Origin: Epithemia pelagica
Taxonomy: Eukaryota > Protista > Bacillariophyta
NCBI GenBank assembly: GCA_946965045.2
Contig: OX337229.1
Coordinates: 5,456,001-5,520,000, forward strand
DNA length: 64,000 bases
Direction of reading: 5' to 3'
The position numbers were made by a program, and so were the translations under genes. The notes under the pieces are model-generated. The model was not told the DNA's origin. It saw only the letters and a program-made list of their open reading frames with translations, and made no database searches. Within the stretch, counting starts at the first letter, position 1. Each line of letters begins with the position of its first letter. Positions 1 through 10,934 of the stretch are shown here, piece after piece.

Positions 1-960
1 CAGAGACATACACAAATGGAAGTATAGCGTTTGTTGAGCAGCAATAACCGGGAAGATTTTCCTGTGTTTTACAAATAATCTACTCCAAACTAGAGAGAGC
101 ACAATAAAACAATGACTACAAGGATTGATATTATTTCATGTTGGTTGGTACACCTGCTTCCTCCTATGATACGATGGCTTCCATCCCAATCGTAGGTAGG
201 AAATAGAACATGCAGACACTCATCATTGGTTCCTGCACACAGGAGCTCATTTTTATTTTCTGTCCGGGACATGTTGTACATGATGTGAAAATGTGCGCGC
301 AGGGACGGAGGTGCGCGATGTCCCTCTCTGTGTTTGTCGATGCGCGCATTGGCGGAACAGACAAACCACAAAAGGAGCGTGTTCTACACTACTTATCGGC
401 GAAACTGGCGATCGTTGTCGGACGTTTCCCTATCTATCCGAACTGGAGAGCCGACAGGTATCCGTTGCACATGCCAGTCGAAAGGATTCTCATAAGTATA
501 TTTGGATCTCTGAGAAATCTACTTAGATAAGTTTTAAGGTACAAACTCCGAAATAATCGATAAGGTTTGCCACACGACTTGGCTGTGGCACGCGTCCGAT
601 GGATACTCATTATTTATTGTGCGCATGTCGTGCTGTCGACCAAATTCGCCATCCGGCTGTTTCGCCCACCATTGTGGCGGTGCGTTTCGCCCACTCTCTT
701 ACTTCTTTGGCACATCCATCGTCATCCTAGTGCGACGACAGGCTACTCTACATGGTTTCTTCCTTTACAACGACAACAACAAGTCCATAATAGTCTCTCT
801 TGCTTGTCCTTGTTGCTGGATCTGTTGCCGCGTCGTGAAGCGAAAATCATCTTCATTCACGTTCGCTTGCTAGAATCTCTGGTGTGTGCATCGTCTGCTT
901 GAAAATTGGTTGTTGGACGACCCATTTCCTTGGACGAACAACAAGAACAAACAAACAACA

Positions 961-3126
961 ATGGGAAACTCGGACTCGAAGCAAGAAAGTTTGACGGATG
1001 CCGTCCAGTTTGGTCCCTGTGGGACAGACCCCTATGCATACCTTAGCTTTGACGAGACCGATTTGCCTCGTGGGTTGAAATTCAGCATGAAGTTTTTGAC
1101 CCGCGAAGAATTTGAGTTTTGCCAGCGATTATGCGATATGGGCCAAGAACATTTGTTTGACGAATGGGACGAAATGAGTGCTGAAGAACGTTTGGCTCTC
1201 GTCAGGCAGCTTTTGAAAGTGGAGGATGAAACAAATCAAGTAGGAGGCCTAAAGAAATACCTCCATGTGGCGGGCAAACTCCTGGACGAATCCTACTTCA
1301 ATGCCGAACGAACCAGCATGCCACTAATGAACCCCATGGTACGAGGTTGGTCTCCATCTGTACCAGCAGAGAATCAAACGTATGAAATCGGCTCCGAAGA
1401 ATTCATGGAGATGGAGGACAAGGGGCTGTCCGAATTGTCGGGCGTTGGATTTTGCATCTCGGCCGTGGGAATGAGCTCGACGCTGGTGACGGGTTGCAAA
1501 TCGCCCATGCCGAAATTTCAGTTGCCCATGGAACTGTCCACAGAAACGACGTATCTACAGAACTGCATTGAACACGTTCTACATATTAGCCGCAACTACG
1601 CAAAGAAGAAGAAGCATCTTCCACTCTGCATCGTGACAAACAAGGAAACGGATGCCTCCATCCGCGAATACCTCGAAAAACACAATTTCTTTGGAATGGA
1701 GCCCTCTTACTTTCATATTCTCTCTCGACAAGAAGGCATTCCAGCATTGGATGACTCGGAGTGCCGCATTGCTCTGGATCCCAATGACCCCACACTGGCA
1801 TTACTTCATGATCGTGGACATGGCGATATGCATTCTCTCTTGGCCGAAAGTGGAACGGCTCAGCAATGGCTGGAGGAGCGAGGATTGAGATGGCTCTACA
1901 TGATTGGACAAGAAACGAATGGTATGGCCTTTCACACACTCCCACTTTTGCTGGGTGTTTCCAAGGAACGAGGACTTCTTATGAACACCTTGGCAGTCCC
2001 TCGCAAGGCCAAAGACGATGTGCTCGGTGCCATTTGTGCTCTCAAGAATCGAAGGAGCGGGCTGTACAAAACAGCCAGCGTCCAATCAAATGAATTGGAT
2101 GCGCTCTTGCAATCAAAGGGCTACGAGCATGGCGAAACCAATGATCAAAATACAGACCTCTCACGGTTTCCAGGAAGCACCAACCAGATCTTATTTAATC
2201 TCCAAGAATATGTTGCCATTATGAAAGAATCCCGAGGCCAAATTCCAAAAGCTCTGTGTCCCAAATCGGTAGAGGTGATACGGGAGGAAGATGAAGATGA
2301 AAAGCATGCGTGGGGCAAAAACAGAGGACCAAGCACCGATGACGAGAGTGCTCACTCGAGTAAGCGCTCCAGAAAGAGAAAGAACGGCAAGAAGGAGCGA
2401 CGGAACGGTAAATCATCGACAATGGATGAATTAGACAATGACGATCAAGACCAACCGCTTTTCTTCGAGATGGAACCCGCCTCACTGGAGTCAAGAATGG
2501 AAGACTTTGTACACCTGTTAACGACTTCGGAAGACTTGGATCGCGTGGGTTATACGCTCGTGACGCCGACGGAACTGGCGTTTTCCCCCATGGAATACAG
2601 TGTTGACAATTATGCCGACAGCTCGAGATCGACCGCCACGGATCTTCCACCATACACGGCCAGTACGGCGGAAGCACATCAGTACAACTTTGGAAGGAAA
2701 ATGCTGGAAGCGATTGGGTGCCAGGTCGAGCAAGCTCGTCCCGTCAAACATGCAGGCGATATCGAATTAAGTCCTGGACCTGCCATTGTTCTTAAGCCAA
2801 ACTTTGGATTTTGTATGACAGAGCTCAAGGAAAAGTTTCCCCATCCTGAGAATATCAAGATCAGTGCCAAATCCACTTTGATTATTCGTGGAGATGACAT
2901 AGTTGTGAAGAGCTTGGATTTGGATGGCTGTTTGCTCATTGATTGCGAAGATGGACTCAGCCTCACTGTCGAGGACAAAGTTGTGAGAAATGCGGGGTGG
3001 AAGATCGTGAGAGACCCCTATGCAATCCTCGAGGATCATCGAATGCGTGGCTTTTCCATTGTTCGGAAAAACGAAGACACCATTGAGAAATTGACAAAAC
3101 AAGAAAGTTCGTGTTCCATCATGTAG
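961..3126 (+). CDS. UDP-sugar pyrophosphorylase (USP)-like protein, probably catalytically degenerate
   Basis: USP-type motifs in the expected order (GHGDMH, QETNG, FPGSTNQI, LESRMED, PGPAIVLKP, beta-helix tail). ATG 961 (MGNSDSK) preferred over GTG 886. Ends in CSIM-stop. Confidence 0.8.
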   Translation: MGNSDSKQESLTDAVQFGPCGTDPYAYLSFDETDLPRGLKFSMKFLTREEFEFCQRLCDMGQEHLFDEWDEMSAEERLALVRQLLKVEDETNQVGGLKKYLHVAGKLLDESYFNAERTSMPLMNPMVRGWSPSVPAENQTYEIGSEEFMEMEDKGLSELSGVGFCISAVGMSSTLVTGCKSPMPKFQLPMELSTETTYLQNCIEHVLHISRNYAKKKKHLPLCIVTNKETDASIREYLEKHNFFGMEPSYFHILSRQEGIPALDDSECRIALDPNDPTLALLHDRGHGDMHSLLAESGTAQQWLEERGLRWLYMIGQETNGMAFHTLPLLLGVSKERGLLMNTLAVPRKAKDDVLGAICALKNRRSGLYKTASVQSNELDALLQSKGYEHGETNDQNTDLSRFPGSTNQILFNLQEYVAIMKESRGQIPKALCPKSVEVIREEDEDEKHAWGKNRGPSTDDESAHSSKRSRKRKNGKKERRNGKSSTMDELDNDDQDQPLFFEMEPASLESRMEDFVHLLTTSEDLDRVGYTLVTPTELAFSPMEYSVDNYADSSRSTATDLPPYTASTAEAHQYNFGRKMLEAIGCQVEQARPVKHAGDIELSPGPAIVLKPNFGFCMTELKEKFPHPENIKISAKSTLIIRGDDIVVKSLDLDGCLLIDCEDGLSLTVEDKVVRNAGWKIVRDPYAILEDHRMRGFSIVRKNEDTIEKLTKQESSCSIM

Positions 3127-3449
3127 TAGTTTGAGCAATGGTCGCTCGAAGTATGTACTCTATTTTAAGTTATTCCACGTGACACTGTTTCAAAAGACCG
3201 TCTACAGTCGTTCGGTAGGGCATTGACGAACAATAGGCGCCTTTAGAGGAGCAGATTCACATTCCTAGAAGATGATCGGTGGAAAATAGTCCACCAGCAT
3301 GCAGCATAGCTACAGATAGCTACTCCAAAAGTAACCCTAACCCCAATGTTTCCCATTGTCACGAACCAATTCATCTGCCAATGGTGAGACGATCTTCCTC
3401 CATGAAGGAGTAGCTTTTGGTTGTTCTCTTTTCTTAATTTATCTCTATC

Positions 3450-5921
3450 ATGCCGCCACCATCGTCACCTGCCAAGCAGAGCAGCAACATGGCTGCAATG
3501 ACGGAGGATCACATTATTCTCCCTCCGCCTTCGGCGTCCAATCCCTGGCCAGCATTGGGTGCTGCCTTACGGGTGGATCAACAAGAACAGCTGATGGAAT
3601 TGTTGCGCCAAGATCCCACAACCACTTCTCCTGGACGAGGAGGATCATCTTCGGGTCGAGTTGCCATGAGTGTAGGTGCGACGTCGTCTTCGAAACCACA
3701 CTTTCGACAGCTTTTGGTGTTTGCAACGGAACGGTTACGTACTCTGCTGTTGAGACAAGCGTTAACGGACCCTCACCAACGCGTATGGAAAGGTCAATCG
3801 AAGAATTGGGACACTACTGATAGTTTTCCGTTTCCTGCTGACCTGGGAAATAGCATTGTGGGAACCAAAGTTTTGCTTCCAAGCGCGTCGTCCCCCATCT
3901 CTTCTTCTTCGCAGGACCCAGCCAGTCCATCGGAGCCCGATTGGACCAACTTATCCTTGTTTGATCAAGTGTCCCATTCGGGAAAGAAAGGATCGCAGTC
4001 TTCTACGCCTCCCTCTCCGGGTGCAACATCGTCGTCGTCTTTCTTCTCGTCACCCTTTGAAGACAATGATTGGAACGATTCTGTCCAATGGGCAGCCGAT
4101 GGAAAACTAGACGTTGTGACCTATTTTTTGCACCCGCATTCCCTCGAACACACCAAAGCTGCTATTCACCGTTTTGAGAAATCGTTTCGGAATGCACGCT
4201 CTTCGGCGGCCACAACGCATTCATCTACAACGAGCGGTGCCTTACTGGGGAGCAATGCTCCAAACACTTCCAAAACCACGCACTTGATTCATCATCGAAT
4301 TGTCTATATTCCACAAATGACAGCCTTGGTCCAACAACTGCTGCTTCAGTCGGGGCTAAACAGCCAGCCAAATGTGTCGTTTGTCTCCTTGCAATTGGAT
4401 CTTTTCCCACTGGAAACCGACGTGTTTAGCACCGAATATCACAGTGGATTGCGAGATGCCGTGGCAGTCGAAATGACACCGTCCAATCTTGTCACATGCA
4501 CCGCTCGATCGGTCCTCAAGTTGCAGGATATCACAGGCACGATTCCGCGCATTCAAGCCTATGGTCCACTGGGAGAAGAGGTCTTGCGCAAAGTTCTGCA
4601 CATGACGGTCGACGAATACCTTGCCAGTGGCGGGGACAATAACAACCATGACACGGCAGAAGATCAAGGAAACACGGAGGAGGAGGAGGGAAAATCCAAT
4701 CGAGTTCCACTTCCAGAATCGGGGGTAGCAGCTTTGATTCTCATGGACCGACGCGTGGATTGGGTGACTCCCATGGTTACGCCGCTGACATATGAAGGCT
4801 TGTTGGATGATTTGTTGGGCATTGATGCTGGCTTTCTCCACATTCCTGCCTCTCTTGTGAATCCTCCCGAACGAGAAAGCACCTCCAATGACCAAGGAAA
4901 GGACGATGCAACAGAAGAGATCGCCTTGGGAGTGAATGGATCCGACTCTCTCTACGCCGAAGTCCGGAACCAACACGTGGAAACGTTTGGTTCGTATTTG
5001 CAGAATCAAGTTATTGCAATGCGACAGTCCCATGCCGATTTTACCACCCATGGCAAGAAGAAAGATTTGTCCGAGATTCATCAATTCGTAAAGCAAATTC
5101 CAACCCTGACGCAAAACCTACGTTCGCTGACCAATCACATCAATCTTGCCGAACTTGTCAAGAAGAATACACAAGATGTTGTTTTTCGAGAAAGATGGGG
5201 CACGGAACGGAACATACTAGAAGGAGAGACTTGTTATGACATTTTGGACGATTTGGTGGCTTCGCAGTACCCTCCATTTCGTTTCTTTCGTCTCTTGTGT
5301 TTGCAATCTGTCTGTGCCGGCGGTATCAAGTCCTCCCGACTCGATTCCTTGAAAAGAGATGTCGTCCAGACATATGGATACGAGTACATGTTTGTACTGC
5401 ACAATCTGGAACAGGCTGGTTTATTGCGACGTCGTGAAGGTCTTTGGTTGGATTCTGCTTCTTCGTTTTCGACTCTTCGGAAATCCTTGATTTTGATCCA
5501 TTCTGAAGTCAATACAGAAGAACCGGACGATGTGGCCTATGTGAGCAGTGGGTATGCTCCAGTATCCGTGAGATTGATTCAGACCGCTGTCAAGGGGTGG
5601 ACGGGGCGAGAAGAGATCTTACGTGAACTGCCAGGACGAGCCTTGGATATCTGGCAAACTCTTCCACCCCAAGATCTGGCAACTGCCATACAAGTCACAC
5701 CCACTCAACCTCTCGGTGCCACAGTTCCCAAATCGAATGACGGAAGGATGTCGGGAACCAACAAAAAACCTATCTTGGCCGTTCTCTACATTGGTGGTAT
5801 AACGTACATGGAAATTGCAGCGCTTCGGTTCTTGTCGTTACGACCTGGGTTCCCGTATCATATTCTCATCCTTACGACCGAAATTGTGAATGGATCGACT
5901 CTATTGCAATCCATGAGATAG
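3450..5921 (+). CDS. VPS33: Vacuolar protein sorting 33 (Sec1/Munc18 family)
   Basis: Motifs LDLFPLETDVFS, LILMDRRVDWVTPMVTPLTYEGLLDD, SLTNHINLAE, YVSSGYAPVSVRL and LYIGGITYMEIAALRFL, typical of Vps33. Confidence 0.92.
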   Translation: MPPPSSPAKQSSNMAAMTEDHIILPPPSASNPWPALGAALRVDQQEQLMELLRQDPTTTSPGRGGSSSGRVAMSVGATSSSKPHFRQLLVFATERLRTLLLRQALTDPHQRVWKGQSKNWDTTDSFPFPADLGNSIVGTKVLLPSASSPISSSSQDPASPSEPDWTNLSLFDQVSHSGKKGSQSSTPPSPGATSSSSFFSSPFEDNDWNDSVQWAADGKLDVVTYFLHPHSLEHTKAAIHRFEKSFRNARSSAATTHSSTTSGALLGSNAPNTSKTTHLIHHRIVYIPQMTALVQQLLLQSGLNSQPNVSFVSLQLDLFPLETDVFSTEYHSGLRDAVAVEMTPSNLVTCTARSVLKLQDITGTIPRIQAYGPLGEEVLRKVLHMTVDEYLASGGDNNNHDTAEDQGNTEEEEGKSNRVPLPESGVAALILMDRRVDWVTPMVTPLTYEGLLDDLLGIDAGFLHIPASLVNPPERESTSNDQGKDDATEEIALGVNGSDSLYAEVRNQHVETFGSYLQNQVIAMRQSHADFTTHGKKKDLSEIHQFVKQIPTLTQNLRSLTNHINLAELVKKNTQDVVFRERWGTERNILEGETCYDILDDLVASQYPPFRFFRLLCLQSVCAGGIKSSRLDSLKRDVVQTYGYEYMFVLHNLEQAGLLRRREGLWLDSASSFSTLRKSLILIHSEVNTEEPDDVAYVSSGYAPVSVRLIQTAVKGWTGREEILRELPGRALDIWQTLPPQDLATAIQVTPTQPLGATVPKSNDGRMSGTNKKPILAVLYIGGITYMEIAALRFLSLRPGFPYHILILTTEIVNGSTLLQSMR

Positions 5922-6149
5922 GATGAAGTAATTCTGTTGTCGTTGAATAAATATCTCGAGCTGTTATGAATATTAGGGATTCTATTGGAGAAATCCAGAA
6001 AGAGAAATGATGATACGGCACATGGCACGCGTTCAAATCTTCATGACGATGGTTGATAATTTATGTCACATAGTACTTCTTCTCCTTTGTGGCTCCTTGC
6101 GCCCCCTCTACGCTTTTGGTTGCTCCAGGTATAAAACTGGTGGTAGTGC

Positions 6150-6902
6150 TCATCTAGCCAAAACGTGGCTCTGCAAATCGGAAACAGACGTCGGGCTTCC
6201 GCGCCGACGGTGAACCGCTTTGAAGGAGTGTGCTTTGGTATTGAGAGCTTCAACATTCGCAAACACCGGAACTGTCCTTCGACGCTGTTTCCTTGATCCT
6301 GCCAGCAACCATCCTCGGATCTTTAGCAGCGCATTTTTCTTGGAAAGTTCGCACCATTCCTCGTATCCGGAACTCGCGACTTTTCTGTCCAAGAAGCGGC
6401 TTCCATTGGCCGTACTTTGGTTGTAAATTTGTTTCAAGATCTTGTACTTCTGGCTTCGACAGGCGTCGGCGTATATTGGTTGATATGTTTTGACCATTGC
6501 CATAACCATCATGTTCCCCGAACGCATGACTGATCCTCCATTCGGTGTATTTTGAGGGGAAGCGCCACGTTCGTTGGCGGGCAGTGGCTTAGCCGCTGTA
6601 CGTCGATAACATGTGTGGTCTCGTTCGTCTTTTTCGTGTTGCGGAAGGGAACAACCGCGTCCTTCGTAGCTATTGAGACTCTCGTCGTTCGACATCAGCT
6701 CGATGAAGTACTCAAGAGACGAATCACTCGACCAGCTAAGGTCGTTGTGTTCGGCTCCGCCATGAAAGGAAATTCCCCGTTCGCAGGAAGGATCGTCGGC
6801 GAAAAACATGCTGCTTAGCGACAGATTTTCAGTGGGGTTCCATTCCGGATCGATGTCAAAGTCTCCAATTGGCTCCAACAGTAGCTCGTTTGACATCTCC
6901 AT
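6150..6902 (-). CDS. DUF6824-like domain protein
   Basis: Segment YQPIYADACRSQKYKILKQIY...GSRFLDRK...WCELSKKNALLKIRGWL resembles the diatom-expanded DUF6824 domain. ATG 6902 (MEMSNELL) chosen within the longer ORF. Confidence 0.6.
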   Translation of the reverse strand: MEMSNELLLEPIGDFDIDPEWNPTENLSLSSMFFADDPSCERGISFHGGAEHNDLSWSSDSSLEYFIELMSNDESLNSYEGRGCSLPQHEKDERDHTCYRRTAAKPLPANERGASPQNTPNGGSVMRSGNMMVMAMVKTYQPIYADACRSQKYKILKQIYNQSTANGSRFLDRKVASSGYEEWCELSKKNALLKIRGWLLAGSRKQRRRTVPVFANVEALNTKAHSFKAVHRRRGSPTSVSDLQSHVLAR

Positions 6903-7476
6903 GGTTTGGGTGGTAGTGGTAGTGGTGCTTGTATTGTTGTTGATCGTTTTCTTTTGATGGATTTTTGATTTTGTGGAGAAGAATCTTTTCTTTCGTGATT
7001 GCTGTTTGTCCGGAATCGGGAGTGCTTTCTCGCGCGTGGGGGATACCGGTACTACATGTGGCATAAGTAAAAAATGACTGGCCGACAATGCCTCATGTAC
7101 GGACGGCGCGAAAGGCACATATAAATAGACTGTTCTTTGTTTCCAACCGATCAATCTTGCCAACTTTGTGTCTTCTGAACCAATGGCTATCTAGATTTCC
7201 CCCTCTAGCTTGAAACTGTTGCCTCTTCAACATTCAAGCCCGAGGTTCAGGTCACAACGAGACTATCTCCGCCATTCCCAAGAACCCGAGCGTACCTTTA
7301 TCCAACATGAAAGAGTCATGGATCTTCACCCTCTAGAGTAGAGAGACTAGGTAGGGACAGATATCGGGAAACGGACCGTCGAGATGTTGTCGATTGAAAC
7401 GGATGAATTCGCACTGGTGGAGCAAGTGACTATTGCTTCGATCCGTGAGCTACCAAGAGAACGTTAGTCAGATTTG

Positions 7477-8943
7477 TCAAGTGGGAAGATAGTTTGCGTA
7501 CACCCGCGTCCCTCCATTCTTTTCATCTTTTCGCACTGTCACGATATGGTTCGCATGTTTTCCCAACCAAGACTTGAGGCTCCCTTTCTTTGGTGCCGGA
7601 AACTCAGTTTCCGGCCAAAGCTGCCTCCACTTTTTTCGTAGATTGGAAATATCCAGCCCCTTCTTACCGTATTCTAAAACGACGGCAGTGAGCTGCGAGG
7701 CAAAGTGATCCGCAACGCTATCACAAGTGCCACTGGGGGTAGCAATTTTGTCTCCGTGAGAGATTGAATTGCTAAAACTTCCTGTAGTAGAGTCGGTCAA
7801 AAGAAGCGGCAATTCATGCTTCGAATTCCTTTGTGACCCTACGCCATCCTCATCTGTCAAATGACGATAGGCGCGCAACAGAAGAACAAAGTCATCTACT
7901 TTGCGACTCTCAGAAACAAGTGCTTCGGTCGAACTTTCGCTCGCCATGTGAACTAAACGATCAGGATGCAACTTTCGAGCAGCTCCATAGAATGCTGCTT
8001 TGATTGCAGCGTGGTCATATCTCTGATCAATAGTCAGGCCCAACGCCTGGCATGAACCAACGGTTTCGGCACTGCAATAGGTTCTCAAGTATTGAGCAAC
8101 TTCGACACGGCCTCCCATGTCCGCCAGATCCGCCGCATAGTTACCCGATTCATCGGGGCTGTCGTCGTACATACCATGAACTTCATGGAAATACTGGCAT
8201 AGACGCAGATGGCCACCCCACGCGGCTTTATGTAAGGCCGAGTGGCCCTGCTTTTGCTTGGCGTAGACATTCACGTTTGGTAAATTGCAAAGCCATTCGG
8301 CAAGCTCATGAATGCTCGATCCATCGTTCTCTGAGCTTTCCAAACAGGAGTGGGGGATCAATCCTAGCCAATGGATAGCAGTACATCCAAAAACATTAGC
8401 CTGGCCTGCGTCGACTCCGCATTCGTTGACAAGCCACATGCAAATGTCAGTGTGCTTTCTCCACACTGCTAAATGGAAGGGCGTCACTCCATGGTGCGCT
8501 TCGACGGGAACAACATTCGCATTATGCTTTTCCACTAGATAGCGCGCAACATCCAAGTGTCCATTCCGACAAGCATAATGCAACGCAGTGCGACCGAGGG
8601 AGTTTCCTTGTGCCTGTTGTTCCACGTCAAGAGCATCACCAAACTCGGTCAAGAAAAATTCGACCAATCCGAGATTGCCCATTCCAGCGGCCCAGTGTAG
8701 AACAGAGCATCCATGAGTTTTATCAAATATGTGTAGCCACCAACATTGTTCCGTATCATCAGCTTGTACACGGACTTTTACTCCGTCAGGTCTTGCCGTA
8801 GGAAGGCCACGAAAAAAGTCTACGCACACTCCATCAACCGCGCCTTGAAGTATTTCTTGCTCCAACTTTGTCGCTGCGACGACTTTGATTGAATTCTTCT
8901 TTCTACTTGGTGCTTGACATCCGTTGGGACGCTTTGATGTCAT
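7477..8943 (-). CDS. Ankyrin-repeat protein with J-domain and C-terminal LOTUS/OST-HTH-like segment
   Basis: Ankyrin motifs (LHWAAGMG, TALHYACRNGH, TPFHLAVW, SALHKAAWGGH), J-domain AFYGAARKLHPD, and C-terminal GLDISNLRKKW...LKSWL. Confidence 0.78.
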   Translation of the reverse strand: MTSKRPNGCQAPSRKKNSIKVVAATKLEQEILQGAVDGVCVDFFRGLPTARPDGVKVRVQADDTEQCWWLHIFDKTHGCSVLHWAAGMGNLGLVEFFLTEFGDALDVEQQAQGNSLGRTALHYACRNGHLDVARYLVEKHNANVVPVEAHHGVTPFHLAVWRKHTDICMWLVNECGVDAGQANVFGCTAIHWLGLIPHSCLESSENDGSSIHELAEWLCNLPNVNVYAKQKQGHSALHKAAWGGHLRLCQYFHEVHGMYDDSPDESGNYAADLADMGGRVEVAQYLRTYCSAETVGSCQALGLTIDQRYDHAAIKAAFYGAARKLHPDRLVHMASESSTEALVSESRKVDDFVLLLRAYRHLTDEDGVGSQRNSKHELPLLLTDSTTGSFSNSISHGDKIATPSGTCDSVADHFASQLTAVVLEYGKKGLDISNLRKKWRQLWPETEFPAPKKGSLKSWLGKHANHIVTVRKDEKNGGTRVYANYLPT

Positions 8944-9049
8944 GGGATAACGCCAAGAGCAGGTTCATTGATCTCACGGGACGGGCAGGTGCCGCCATTG
9001 TACATTGTCACGATGTGAAATGCGATGCGACAGACAGACCGTAGCTTTA

Positions 9050-10539
9050 GAGTGGAGGAAAACGGTTTGACCTAAAATCCTAAACTCCTTCCCCCCTCAA
9101 ATAGGATTTTAGGACAAACCGTGTTGACCCCCAATTTAACCTAAACTTATTCGTAGTCTGACCTTCGTAGGAGCTAGCACCTCTATGTAGGTTCCGAATG
9201 AAGTCAAGATTCCCACGAGAATTTGTCAATGCGATCCCATTTTTCCCGAACAATGCCAACGGAAGATCAAACCAAGCGAAGAAGATCAAGGATATGATCG
9301 CGGCACAGGAATTGTCCACTGCGGCTGTATTGTAGTCCCAGCTGCAGAGACTTCCAGTGCTGCAATGCAGTGCATTGAAACAATGGGAGACAAGCTTGAT
9401 GTCGTTCTCCAAGCCATCCAGTTCTATAGAAAACATGCTAGAGTAGAACTAATGAAGATTCGGTCTGTTGCTAGTCATGTACTTCTTCCTTATCATCATT
9501 TTCCTCTACTTCTTGTTCTTCATCAAATTGTTCATCATCAGAGCGGCTTGTTGCATTAGGTTTTCGCTCGACATGTCAGCTGAGCTACACCGCCAACCAA
9601 GCCGCAGTAGACCACGGATCCAAAACTTGTCGTTAACCCTGACATCACAAGAGTAGCCAGAAAGCATAGCCACGAGCATACGGATGAATTTGTCATGGCG
9701 ATAGTTTGCCAAGGCACCCAAGAAACAAGACCATGGTTTGGACCACGAGGATCGCCGACAAAACTCGAACAAAAGAAGCTCGGCGCAAGGATTGACTGAG
9801 CCATGTTGGCAAAGCTTGAAAGTACGCCGTAACCGCATTGTGGAAGTCTGTGACACCACCGGCAGTCGACAGTGACGGGGCACTGAGCTTCATGGGTAGT
9901 CAAACGGAAGGTTGGCTTGGTTGGTTGTTGGTTCGAAGGATGCTCTCCCTCTATGGTTGTTGTTGTTCCGACGAAAATTCATTCCTTTGCGCAGCCAAGG
10001 CGACATCAGTATGGAATATACCAAACCAGTGCCACCAGTCCTGGAGAACGAAATTTCGTTTGTTCGGATCAATGAACTCTTCTTCTGTTAAAGTGGCAAG
10101 GATTCTGTGAACAACAAGCGAAACCAAGGTGGATTGGGTGAGTTTTGACGCGACAAGCAGAGAATCACAATCCACAAATGAACTGATTCACTTCCCAAAA
10201 CATGCACTGCATGAATCACACCGACAACAGCAGCAACTGTAGAACCCGAAAGTGCTAAGCTGTCATATTGATGAATGACAGCGTGGCAAGAGGAAGATTC
10301 GGAAGTCGACATGGCGAAATTTGTGGGCCGTTGGATGGAGATTTTGGTTCCAAATCGTTTAGGATTCGTTTAGGTCTTTCGACTGCTTCCAGAAGATGAC
10401 CGATCGAAACTCCTAAACAAGAGGCCTTTCACGCCTAAACTGGAGGCCAAATGCGTCTGAACGTCGTACGATTTGGAGCGATCTGATTGGCTAAGAATAG
10501 GATTTTTAGGATTTTAGGTCAAACCGTTTTCCTCCAGTC
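9050..10539. mobile_element. Non-autonomous TIR DNA transposon with TTA target duplication (PIF/Harbinger-like ends)
   Basis: 35-bp TIRs at 9050-9084 and 10505-10539 (GA[G/C]TGGAGGAAAACGGTTTGACCTAAAATCCTAAA, 1 mismatch). TTA at 9047-9049 and 10540-10542. Interior has only short broken ORFs. Confidence 0.85.
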
Positions 10540-10606
10540 TTAGCGTAGGATTTAGGATTAGTCTTAGTCCAAACTTTAGTTACTCCTACAATAAATCCAG
10601 CCAGTC

Positions 10607-10780
10607 TGTATAAATCCTGCCACTACACGCTACAACACGGTGTATACGGCGTGCAACAAGTGGCTAGACCAGAATTATGACTAGAAAACTAGATGCGTAG
10701 CAGCATATGTAGGCGATGCATATTCGCCAATATGCGACCATGTATCCGCCAATATGCGACCTGTTGGCGGGATTTATTCA
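10607..10780 (-). repeat. 3' LTR of Copia element 1
   Basis: Identical by eye to 13276-13449; TGTATAAATCC...GGATTTATTCA ends. Confidence 0.95.
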
Positions 10781-10934
10781 GTCCCCGCGAGCTAGATCGG
10801 AAGCATTTCGACTAGGTCGCCCACGACTTGTTTCAGCAGAGGCCGGTCCATCAGGACTATTTTTTCTCAATTAAGAGGGGTGTCTATTCGGACAATAAAA
10901 GAGGGGTGTGAGGACAATGAATTCGATCATGTAA

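Noticed and set aside
10498-10560. TTTTAGGA repeats resembling telomeric sequence
   Set aside because: They lack the GGG run, are only a few units long and are mostly part of the TIR.
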